From the NCBI GenBank assembly GCA_002633005.1, contig NMRA01000629.1, positions 62,001 to 126,000 on the forward strand: DNA of 64,000 nucleotides. The letters run 5' to 3'. Source of the DNA: Phoronis australis (taxonomy: Eukaryota > Animalia > Phoronida). The notes beneath the pieces were generated by a model. That model saw only the letters and a list, made by a program, of their open reading frames with translations. It had not been told where the DNA came from and searched no databases. The position numbers were made by a program, and so were the translations under genes. Positions 34,401 to 45,032 of the stretch are shown here, piece by piece (the stretch's first letter is position 1; each line of letters opens with the position of its first letter).

Positions 34401-35534
34401 GGCCTATATTTCACTCAGTAGGTGTTCTTTTGACAAAACGTTATTTTTGCAGCAAAAAATGAACTTGAACCGTAAAGATCTGCGAATTAGAAAATTACTG
34501 GACAGGTCAGCGTGCACAATATCTACATGTATATATGTACACCACGAATGCACCGAAACACTTGGCCAATGACACTTGCCTATTTCTACATGTACACGTA
34601 CATGTACGTGTCAGAAATGCCATTATCAAGAAATTCGACAGGTATTGTAACAGACCCGCACACCATGTCAAACATAAACCGTCGACATACATGCACTGTA
34701 CAACACCAGCACAAGTGTCTGAGGCTACATGTACGTGCCTTATAAGAGACCAAACACATACAGACACCACATTAAATACTTTGTGTTGATGTTTTGCTCA
34801 TACACGGTTTTCAATTTCGTGTTTCGTGGATTGGAAATTTCGTTCATTCTTAGAGCATTTTACAGCTTAAAACTGAGACAAAGCCAGATGAGATCGAAGT
34901 GAATTCAGTTAAAAATCTACTGCAAAATTGTTGCCTTATTTTTGCTATAAGGTTTCGTATTTATATACATGTACATGTACATGTGCACTGTGCCGAAATT
35001 TCCGTATATAGGTGGAATTTTATTCGTCCCTAAGTTGGCCCAGCCCAGCCTTTTGGTCACAAGAAAGCACTTTGAAGGAAAACCTACATACCTACATTGT
35101 ACACGAGCAAACAGTTTAGAAAGATGGTAACATACGGTGGGTAAATACCCTTCATTAGCGGCGGAGGCAAGAGGGCTCAGAGTGACCTGAAACTTTACAT
35201 GGGTATGTAATCCAAACACGCAGCGTACCCACGAAGCCGTTTAAGACTTGAAATGTCACTCTCTATTTAAAATTCACTCCGTCTTCAACTTCCATGTTTA
35301 AGACTAAGCCAACATGTACATGTGCACTGGTCAGAAATATATGTATATGACGTGCTTGTCTGGAACTTACGATGGGTAGTCAGTTATGCATATTTCGAAC
35401 ACGTGGTCGCAGCCACTGCCTCGTTGTTTACCAAAAAACCACACTTCGTCGCAATAACGGCCACAGGATAGTTTTCCTCCCGGGTTTTGATATTCGACCA
35501 TGCGCAGACGAAACTTGCCGGAACTCGTCACCAC
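28412..35534 (-). CDS. Short Delta/Serrate-like gene: MNNL/C2 domain plus DSL domain, no EGF repeats or TM segment
   Basis: Phase-consistent exons 35534-35371, 34003-33877, 32520-32357, 31873-31746 and 28446-28412 encode VVTSSGKFRLRMVEYQNPGGKLSCGRYCD...CDHVFEICI...C...NPMTFSFDEWSGAVQIQVVIQDED...LKLSYVVYCDPNWHGLECNVYC...YTCDRSTGRKICVPGRSGPDCSRSV*. This matches the Notch-ligand N-terminus (SG.F.L, G.CC, C...F..C, NP....F..W.G) and the six-cysteine DSL pattern. Confidence 0.82.
30173..30245 (-). pseudogene. tRNA-like relic or tRNA-derived SINE head
   Basis: A-box TGGTGTATTGG, B-box GGTTCAAAACC, CTCGAAG loop (Ser-CGA-like) and an extra hairpin; stems too degenerate for a functional tRNA. Confidence 0.45.
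30919..31061. mobile_element. MITE family 3
   Basis: TIRs CATGGGCGGCGCA / TGCGCTGCCCGTG flanked by ACATA on both sides; related relic at 15457-15507. Confidence 0.55.
31746..31873 (-). CDS. Delta-like gene exon, DSL domain
   Basis: 128 nt, phase 2-1; encodes LKLSYVVYCDPNWHGLECNVYCVSHTDRYTCDRSTGRKICVP. Confidence 0.88.
32357..32520 (-). CDS. Delta-like gene exon, C2 C-terminal part with acidic loop
   Basis: 164 nt, phase 0-2; encodes GAVQIQVVIQDEDAISNDDDVDTVRDTIFEERIPFPAEPQDRSSETEITLRSRT (absent from the ORF track). Confidence 0.83.
33877..34003 (-). CDS. Delta-like gene exon, MNNL/C2 middle part
   Basis: 127 nt, phase 2-0; encodes DEGRCNVGRVKTGKIPNQDNNVFGSTVGGVANPMTFSFDEWS. Confidence 0.85.
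35371..35534 (-). CDS. Delta-like gene exon, MNNL/C2 N-terminal part
   Basis: 164 nt, CTGCAG acceptor, GTAAGT donor; encodes VVTSSGKFRLRMVEYQNPGGKLSCGRYCDEVWFFGKQRGSGCDHVFEICITDYP. Confidence 0.85.
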
Positions 35535-36470
35535 CTGCAGTGTAAGGTAACAGATACACTGTATAATGAATGCTATCGAATTGAAATTTAGTTCCCATTT
35601 CCCTCCTAGTTTTACACCAGCATCATAAGCGTAGCAAGTTTGAGTGAGGAGATATAGCTCCCGACTCATGGTTGTGTGCAGCGCACCCCCATTCCCCACC
35701 CCAATTACTAGCCTAAACTGGGGCGTAGAAAGTGGTTGCCATGTGGTTACGTTTCTCCCAATTTGAAGGCGTGACGTGGAACCGTCAAACCGACTGGCTG
35801 GATTATTAAACGTAAGCCGGGGGGACGGGGAGTGACTCACTTGAAAACATTATTCATACACATTTCGCAATAGCCTGAGAATACTTGCTACGCAAGATTT
35901 CTGATTTCAAAATGTCCGTTTCATTGAATGCGAAGCTGTATTTCTCCGAGGAATAAAGGGGAACACGTCACCTTAACTTTGTTTTTCGACTCAGATGTGA
36001 TTTGATATTCCATGAAACCGAGGCTCAAACCCTAGACGGAGGAAAATGGCCAAATCGGACTTTTGACTATGTTAAATGTATGTATTATTGGTCAACTCAA
36101 TTTTCTCATCTCTTCGTTTATTAACCGAGTACTTTACTATCGTACGACTCCACTAGGAACCCATTTAGAGCCGAGGAAACATTTTGGAGGAGTACGTGTA
36201 ACATGAAGCTAACCCACTCACGCCGGTGGCCTTAATGATCGAATCAGTTTCTTCATGTTTTTGTGTGAAATTGTAAAGAATTTTTTATAAAGGAAAGTGA
36301 TGAAAAGAGGTGACTCCATGATGGAATATATTTTCATTTTTTAATCACATATATTTTTTCATATTGGAGTATTTTGGATCTCCCCTCATACGGGAGCCTT
36401 AAACCCGTCAACTATAAATATGTTCAACTAAATATGTTCATTAAACTGTTCATGCAAAGCATGAAGGCGT

Positions 36471-36569
36471 CAGCACATGCGTATGTTGACATCCGGACAT
36501 GTGCATGATGGTATCTGCACATGCGTATGTTGACATCAGGACATGTGCATGATGGTATCAGCACATGCG
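36471..36569. repeat. 44-bp tandem repeat, ~2.2 copies
   Basis: Unit C(A/T)GCACATGCGTATGTTGACATC(C/A)GGACATGTGCATGATGGTAT. Confidence 0.85.
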
Positions 36570-36817
36570 CAAGATGGCATTAGGACATGCGCCCAAAACA
36601 ACCAACAACAACAACATGGAGCACTCATATGCGACCAACATGTGCAGGGACGGTTACCATTTAAACATTCCCACTAAAGAAAGCAATATCAGTAAATTAA
36701 GAACAGCCTGCATTGGTTGGAAAGCAAGTCGGCGATGCTCTTCACATTAGGAATACACTACAGTGTAAATCTTTCATGTTTCATAGTTAGGAGCTAAGGA
36801 TAGAGAAGCATACCACT

Positions 36818-36977
36818 GAGGGGTGGATCCAGGATTTTGATTTAGGGGGGTCAGGACAAAATATTAGCCAGGATTTTGCCCGTCAGACATTCGCACCCCC
36901 ATACTGCCAAATGGAATCTGGGAGAATTTTAGGGGGCCATGGCCCCTTTGCCCCCCCCCCCTCTAAATCCGCCACTG
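36818..36977 (+). mobile_element. MITE family 2, copy B
   Basis: AGGGGTGGATCCAGGATTTT...CTCTAAATCCGCCACTG termini. Confidence 0.6.
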
Positions 36978-37092
36978 CATACGACAAAACATAGAAACAT
37001 CTTAAAAAATCCGCTAGGGGGCGGAACGTAGGTCAAATATCTCGGAAGCAGCAGTTGCCCTGTCCATCATAATTTGTCAAAGCAAATCTTAC

Positions 37093-37182
37093 CGTCGATA
37101 CGCACCCACAGCAGGCATCCCAGATTTACGGGATAATGATCATTCCGACTAAAGGAAGCAATGTTAGTAAGCTTAGAATATC
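37093..37182 (-). other. Candidate signal-peptide exon of the Delta-like gene, with an in-frame TAA
   Basis: Pyrimidine-rich TTCAG acceptor and ACG|GTAAGA donor. In the frame that joins the 35534 exon it reads ...MIIIP*IWDACCGCVST. Confidence 0.4.
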
Positions 37183-38671
37183 CTGAAGAGGGGAAACAAA
37201 GCAATTAAGCAATGCCCTCCTCAATAGGAACACATCAGCCACCTTTCGTTATAAGTCTTCAAAAAGTTTAAAAGATATTGACGTAGACGACAGATCAGAC
37301 AAATACAATTCAGCGGCCACTAGAGAGGGCCACGTCTATTAAATCCGTGTGAAATGGAATAAGTACGGTCGTGTATGAGCTTAGCAACCTTTAGTCAATC
37401 TTTATTAATATCCACCTGCAACGAAAACCATAATTACCACTTAAGAACTCCCCAGTAGTAAAATTTGTCTGCATTAAAATCCATGTACTTTTCGAAATAC
37501 TAGAGAGGTTTCGCAAAGCCACGTGAATGAGAATTGGCACGCATTTATATAATGTAATACCGCGTCATACTCACTCAATTGTTGGCTGTGACGTAATCCC
37601 GATAGGGTCTGGGCAAACGCGGACGCAAAACTTGTGGCTAGTTTTTAATTCTTATTCGGTAAGAAATCGAAACCATTTTTAGTTTGATAGGGTTCTCAGT
37701 CTATCTCCTTTTTCAGTATAACATGAGCCCGATTCTTTTGTCTATTAATGTACGTTAAGAAAGCACTTTTTTCTGAAATCCCTATTCTGACCGTGTTTGC
37801 TTGATATCATAGAACTAAAATGAATTTTTAGAGGTATAATTTTGTGCTGTTAATTTTTTCACAAGTTTAATGTTCCTGCATTTACTTATTTTAAACTAAT
37901 GAATTTTGCTTTCTAAGGGTTGACCATTTCTCGCAGCTAAGCTATTAAGTAAACGACCCCTCACGCTCACTCCAGTGAGTTTAAACACGAACATGCACAT
38001 GCGTGAGGTAGCAGGTTTTGCAAATCTTTGACAAATTCAATTTACTTAAAACTTACGGTTAATAGAGCACTCAACAGATACAACGTTCTCCACATTGTCA
38101 ACTAAGTTGCCTCCCTGCGAATAAATATCAGGGTTAATTCTAAGTCCTTTAAAAGTCGCATGTAACAACATGTCAAGTATTGATAAGCATTCAACTTCCT
38201 GCTGTAATTGCACGTAAGTTTTGTCGTATTACATTGCAGGAGTTGAATAGTGAACGTGTTTTTCGAGGCAGTTGGGCCAGTTTTCTTTCGAATGTAATAA
38301 TTTTGACGACATAAAGTACATGTATACATATATGCACCTGGCACGCAAACCAGGTTCGTTTGTAACGTTAATGCAATTTGTAATTATTGATAAAAGCTGC
38401 CTGTAAGCTGATCTCACGAAATGACCGTTGAGGCTGAGCACCGGATCGGGCAATATCAATTTTACGACCAAAAAGTGCACTATAGTCGGATGGGTTAGAC
38501 TTTCCGAAGTTATTACATGTACATGTTGTAGATCTTATCGGAGCTAAGAAACAGCGCAATCGTCGTGTTTTTGTAATTTTATTACAAATTTCCCTTTCTC
38601 GTCGCAGACTATTTTCAGAATATCTGAAATCTACGCCGTGGACTTTTCCATTAAATATGTTTTAAATACGT

Positions 38672-38742
38672 TGCCAGAGTGTCAGACTGCGAATGAGCGA
38701 GTTGCAGGTTCGATTCTGCGCTGAGGCCTAATCTCGGGAAAT
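38672..38742 (+). mobile_element. tRNA-derived SINE fragment
   Basis: B-box GGTTCGATTC followed by TGCGCTGAGGCCTAATCTCGGGAAATT; related copy on the minus strand at 18414-18485; absent from duplication unit B. Confidence 0.5.
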
Positions 38743-39670
38743 TCTCTTCTTCTCGTCAGTAATGCCTCTTACCTCTTATATTCACTTTGACAAATCGATA
38801 TATGCCACTCTAAGCTACGGGCGGTGCAGAAGTGGGAAGATTCAATTAGTATCGGTGTCTTGGTAAGTTAAATTTTGTAAATTGTCATGAGTGTGCGACG
38901 TGCATGCTCCAACTCTGACGTACAAGCGAATGACAGCTATCCATTGGTTGTCAAGTTATACAGACATTGGTTCAAAATCATGAATATGCAGTCTCAAAGA
39001 AATACATGCACAGGTCTCGATATAAATGAACGTCTTTTGTAAACCATTGAAAACATATGGATATATTTTGATGAGGTTTGACTAAAGTGCCTGTGACCGA
39101 ACCGTGTATGTACATGTAATGCATGAATACTCACTGTTGATCGCAGGGCTGGCACAGTGACGTTGGCAATGGTTTTAGGTAAAGCTACTGTATCTCTATA
39201 TATAATGAGACTTTCATTATCTGGGACTGTCCCAAAACCCATAAAATTGTTGACCTTATCTCTTTTATATGTTCTGACTATATGCTCAAGTCACTGTCTG
39301 CTCAGCCCAGTTTGATTTAAAGGGGAATAACCGGTCTTATGGAGGAGTCGGAAGGCATTCTCGAAAAACTGCTTGGATAGGGAAGAATTCTTGAAGTTAT
39401 AATGTATAAGCTTCAACAAGAGTTATAAACAAAACGAAATTTTATTCCTGTGACAAATCGCCATTTCTCGTTGAAATCTGTCAATTATTCGCAGAGATCA
39501 AGACAGCATAACGCACTCTGCCACTTGCAGAGTTGGGCTTAAATTCGCCAGCTGGGCTAGATTGCGCCCACGAGGTTTCCGGCGAAATCAAGTGCACCTC
39601 TTTTTATGTACATGTATATTTAAACCTGACATCTTCAAAGACAAAAGCCCCTTCAAAGGAGACCACTTAA

Positions 39671-42600
39671 GAATGATTCCATATAAAAACCATATGAAAA
39701 TGAAAAATCACTATATACTCAAAAATTCATACAGAGCTAATACTTTGTGCATGTGTTGGGATGCTGGCCCAAAGTACACAGCTGCAATATTTGCACTCAA
39801 TGACCTTTGGTTACCGAGATATGACCTATTTTGCTATAAAGGCATATTTTGCATTTTTTCATGTCAGTAAAACTGCATTTTTTGAACAGCAAAAAATCAG
39901 ACTTGGAAAACTGGTGACAAAGTTTGACATTGATGGTCATAAAGACTCGTGTAAGGTTAGTAAGAAAATGAAATTTGCAACTCATAGGTACAATTAAATT
40001 TCCAGCAGGGGAGAAAACTCCGAAACCACTTTTCAGGCCAGTCAGTAGTGGCAAGATGTTGCTTAACCTGCCTGCTATATCGGAATATATTTGAAGTTGA
40101 AATTCTCTGTGTAGACACTTCTAAGATTGAACTTTGATAATTGCTTTTAAAAAAACTTGTCTCTTATATATTTAGTGCTAAATGTGTTCCTCGAATTTGG
40201 GCATTTTTGTGATGTGGCCTTACTCTGACTGACAAGAGAATTGAGGCTACTCTTTTAGTTTAGAGATATCACCTAAAATATATGATCGAATATCAACAAT
40301 GCAATATCACAAAAAGTTAAATTTCACTTTTGAGACCCCAATTTTCTAAAACACTCCATGCTTTGTTTAACCTTACCAATAGCACTTTCGGGTTCGAGAT
40401 TACATGCACTTCCTGTCACTGCGAAGAATATGGAGGAATTTCCTTCTTGTACATTTGGTTAATTTTCGTTACATAAGTGTAATCGCGGAGGAAATGTGGC
40501 CTTCATTAGCTGTGTTAAAGACGTCAGAAGTCATCTGAAGTCGTGAAAAGTGCCACAGAAGTTTGAAAGTATATCGGAATTACAGCTGATTCTTGCCAGA
40601 GCCGGAGATAGGAGGTTGGACTGGCAAACCAATGGAAATGCGCCGTGATATATTTTACACATTGACATGAGTTTGGACTTGGCTTTAGACAAAAATTGAC
40701 GTGCTGTTATCCAGAACACAAAGCATATTGTCAGAGGGATAAACCAGGAACAAGAAAAACAGGATCTGATGTCATCTCTCACCCCACACAATGTTTTGGT
40801 TGTAATGGATTTTGCAATGAAGTTCATACCCATCAGTTTCCGTGAAGCAGAGTCCGACAGGTTTGGAAAAATGGATGTCATGGCACGTGGCGGCTTGTAT
40901 CACAAAGAAAGGTGAAAGTCACCAGGTAAAAATAAATCCTCAATTAGTATTCAAGGTGTCACAAAGTAATTCTCAGATGTGCTCAATATTAAACAGAAAG
41001 CCAGTGATTATCAATGTTGTTGCCTTTACCTCTTTTTAGTATATTGATTTACTGTAACAGTACAAGATATGGGGAGTGTGCACTTAATATCTTGTCTTTT
41101 TCTCGCTATTTGCCAACAAAAGCTTGACAGTGATGCATTCTTTGTCTCTTAGTAGATTTTGCACACAAACCTTCATTTTAACTGAAGCCATTTTGTACTT
41201 ATGGATGATTTTCATATCTTTGTGAAGGGGAAATTTCCCCCTCCCTAGAAATGTTTTGGAGGAGCTACTAATATAACAACGTGTTGAGTGGTGTGATTGC
41301 GGTTTAGGTGGTAATAAGATGTAATAAGGTAGTTCTTTACACTAGCTGACCTATTTGAGTTACATAATTGTTGTATTTCAGGTACATGCTTACATCCATA
41401 CTGTAGATGCCTGCAAGCAAGACTTTTTCACTGTTTGATGTTTAACGCTAGATGTGCTAAGGCAGGTGAAACCTAGGGATCCACAAATAACGGAAGCTCC
41501 GACAATGCCAATTGTTACCATTCAGCCGCCCTTCTGATTCATTTGTTCTACATATCTGGTAACACCGGCATCTCCATTCTGCGCTACGACTTCTGTGAAA
41601 GTCAGAACGGAAAAGACATCTGTGACAGGAAAATCCCACAGTTGAAGTCCAATGCCAAGTACTTCGTCAATGAAGGCAACAGAATGCAGTCGACCTGAAA
41701 TATGCGCTAGAGTTTAGAGGAGGTGTCAAAGGCTGTTATGTGTTGGCCTGTAGTGTGAATGCCCCTAAGGTCCTTTCCAAGCACAGTATCCCAGGGATAA
41801 GTTTGCTGACAAACTTTGAGTATTCTGCCGATGGCATTCGAGCATGAAAGGCCTATAGAGTAGGGGAGGGAAAACTTGTCATCAACAAATCATGTAAACT
41901 GTTGCCTCTGAAACTAAAAGTCTTGACTTTGCAACACTCGAGTGTTTTACAACTCGAAGGGTTGAGTCGGGGCTGGTATCCCGTGAACGTCATACGAAAT
42001 TCACATGCACACACTATGGGTGCTCGAAATCTTTTCCTACAGATGCTGAGCTAAATGAGCACTTGGATGTTGGTGCTCATTCATCATCCCTCCAGAACGA
42101 GAATCAGTAGAATCAGTTCGACCACATTTCAAGACAATCTGATGTGTTATCTACTACCACAGCTGTATCATCACCTGAGTTGTCTTGACGTTTAGGTTGT
42201 TGATCAAGTCGCTGCAGGATTAGGCCCTGAAAAGTATTAGAAAAGCGGTCCGCTTCTCTGAGAAGGTAAAGACTTAACCCAGTGATATATGTCCTGAAGG
42301 TGAACAGTCAGGCAGAAAACAACAGCCAGCTGAGGTTGTAAAGATGATGCGAGGAGCCAAGAATAAGCAAGGAAAATTTTCTCCTCTGAAAAGTGTCTGT
42401 CGGAGCAACAGATTGCTGGATTTTTCTCCCGTATGTTTGCCGCGTCTCGAATCCGAAATATTCAGAAAATTGAAGATGATGATGCTGCTGCTGCCCACGA
42501 GTTTGCCTCAAAGAATGACTTGGAGCTTGAAGTCATGAATGAGTTATCATCATAAACTGTAGGAAATTATAAACATGATTTAGTTGTTGTCTATTCCTAT

Positions 42601-44536
42601 GATATTGTTGTGGTCATCATCATCGTAGCTAGGGGACTAGGGTCCACCCTGGGCGAAATTGGGAAACAAGGAAAATGACGCAAATTCGGGGCTTCCATGG
42701 GGGAGAGATTTGAGTGGTGGCCGTTTGGGGAAAATAATCCAAGCCACTGATGGTCAGCATTGAAATGTTCTGTCACTTTTTACTAGCGTTTTTTGTTTTA
42801 TGTCCAGTTTGAGACTCGTAAAGCATACTTTTTACATAATTGATTCTATGGAAACTACTGAGATTTTTGTATAAGTGATTATCTAGTTTTGAGAATCGTC
42901 TATCTTAGACATGTGTACTGAGCAAAATAAAAGAACTTTGTGTTTCAGTACCTCTTGTTTTCTTCAAACAAAATGCAGTTTTTGAAGTGTTGTGTAGAAA
43001 TGCATCATATTCTAAACCTAGCATACCTTCAAGAAACTGTGGTTTTGAGGCCGCCGCATGAACGGAATTTACATATTGTGAAACTTTTAGCTGGTAAGTC
43101 GCANTACCTCTTGTTTTCTTCAAACAAAATGCAGTTTTTGAAGTGTTGTGTAGAAATGCATCATACACTAAACCTAGCATAACTTCAAGAAACTGTGGTT
43201 TTGAGGCCGCCGCATGAACGGAATTTACATATTGTGAAACTTTTAGCTGGTAAGTCGCAACAGCACCCAATTTCTTAAATACTGGTTTGGAAAGCCGGTA
43301 TCTTGGATATCACTGAAAGTATTATGTTTTCAATCGTAAATATCCGTACCTGTTATTTTTCTGAAATTGCAAATTCCATTGGCGCACTGCCACCAGGCTC
43401 GGCTGCTTTTGTGTAGTACAAGAAGCATTGCGTGACACTTTGTATGTCCAATAACACGACACTTCTGCTCGTATCCACCGTCCTCTTTTCACTTGCGATA
43501 TCGAAGATCTTGATTAGTTTTAGTATGAACTTTGCTAATAGTTTGAGAGGACTTTTTTAAGCGCATATACAGGGATTTGTTCAGGAGATCTGAAAATGGG
43601 CCAGCATGCACTGCAGGCAGTGCGTGGGATTCTTAGTCAGTTACGGTGTTTGAAAACTGACCAAGCAATGGGTAATGGGCACCCTTAATAAGAATAAAAC
43701 CTGCTTCTCTGAAGTATGAGATGGTGATGGGTTTGTATTATTAACTCATAAGTACATTAAACTTGACTTTTTTGGTTTCTGTAATCCTATAACCAATTTT
43801 TATTTTTGCACCAGCAAAACTGAAAATCCGCGAAGAAAAAATCTCATACAGCTTCCCATGATCTCCTTCGTCACTGATGTAGCAAAACGAATGATATTTG
43901 TTCTATTTGGCATCTTGGTCGAAAGATAATTGCACAATCGAGTAGCACCTCCTAGAGTCTTTTAATCAAACTGACAGTCACAGATTGGCAGAAAAGTGTG
44001 TAAGTGAGTTATGTAAAAAACTGACTGCACAAAAACTATGAAAGAGACAAGATTTTTTATTCTTGCGTTGGGCTGAACAAAGACAGTAGTAACAGATGGA
44101 AGTTAACTCATGTTCCAAAAGAATCCGATATAGATTTGGGAGAGTGATAAAAATGCGTAAAAATGGCCTTAATAATAAGTAGTGAAAATGATGTTTTTGT
44201 AGGCTAAAATGGGAGGACATAAAAATCAATAAATCCAGCCGAACTAGTTTTTCTTGTATGTTATTCTTTCTCCTTTCTGCTATATAGTTTTTTCTTCAGT
44301 AGCGTAAAGCGATGATGTGCTGTTGCTGACAAAATGTCACCTACTTCCAAGCACTATTATTTGCTATTTTTCAGAAAAAGTACAAAGTGGTCGTAAAAAG
44401 GGTTAAAAAAACTCGAAAACTCTTAAAAATTCAGGCTCAGGTTTCTTTTGACAAGGCCAGCTGATGTGCTAAGTTTCAAAAAAATTGGTGATTTTGCATA
44501 TATAGCCCACCATCTGGTTTTTATATGGAATTGCTC
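39671..44536 (+). mobile_element. Sola3-type DNA transposon with decayed transposase
   Basis: TTAA at both ends (39667-39670 and 44537-44540). TIRs are GAATGATTCCATATAAAAACC and, reverse-complemented, GAGCAATTCCATATAAAAACC. The element is absent from the paralogous site (~56375). GAG termini with a TTAA TSD are characteristic of Sola3. Confidence 0.8.
40720..42450 (+). pseudogene. Degenerate Sola3-like transposase with an intron (40926-41381)
   Basis: Fragments KHIVRGINQEQEKQ..VLVVMDFAMKFIPISFREAESDRFGK..SWH, SDNANCYHS, FCESQNGKDICDRK, GCSKSF...LNEHLDVGAH, RFSEKVK, GEQSGRK and QQIAGFFSR, broken by stops and frameshifts. Confidence 0.75.
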
Positions 44537-44928
44537 TTAACTTGCATATACATATAGTCATCAATTTAAAAAGCTGCGAAATTGTCGCTAATGTCATTCT
44601 AATCAATTGATCCAAATGTTGGTCTGCATAGAAAAAAAATCCCTCAAAATGTCAAGGGAAAGGTAAATACGGATTAAAAGCACGTACTGGTACAAATCAC
44701 TTACCGGCAAGTTGCATTAATTTTGTATGAAGGTTCCGAACAATATGTAATGCAGTCATTTGTTTCCTCGTCAGGGCTTTGCGTGGGTTATTATTTCAAA
44801 AGTTTCGCTGATGCTAAATGTTTGAAATACCTTCGCCAAGAAATACTGTTTGAAGTGTACACTTTTAATCACGTCACAGGTTTAAGAAATCCCTGAAAAA
44901 CGGGACATTGGGGAAATTGCGTTATCTC

Positions 44929-44961
44929 ATTGGACGTAAATTTCGCACGAGGACTATATAT
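44929..44961 (+). promoter_or_regulatory. Putative core promoter of PAN copy 1 (reverse CCAAT plus TATA-like)
   Basis: ATTGG followed by TATATAT ~75 bp upstream of the ATG; conserved in copy 2 (~56797-56829). Confidence 0.4.
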
Positions 44962-45032
44962 TTTGCGTCAATTGCCTTCATATAATTAATCGAGAAGGCG
45001 TATTTTCACCCGTACACTGACAGAACTTCAGC

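Noticed and set aside
40531-40881. 116-aa minus-strand ORF
   Set aside because: Antisense to the Sola3 transposase relic.
42949-43259. 155-bp near-identical tandem duplication (track ORFs 42905..43270 and 42940..43182)
   Set aside because: The copies abut a single N (43104), so this is a contig-overlap or haplotype artefact; the ORFs are not credible.
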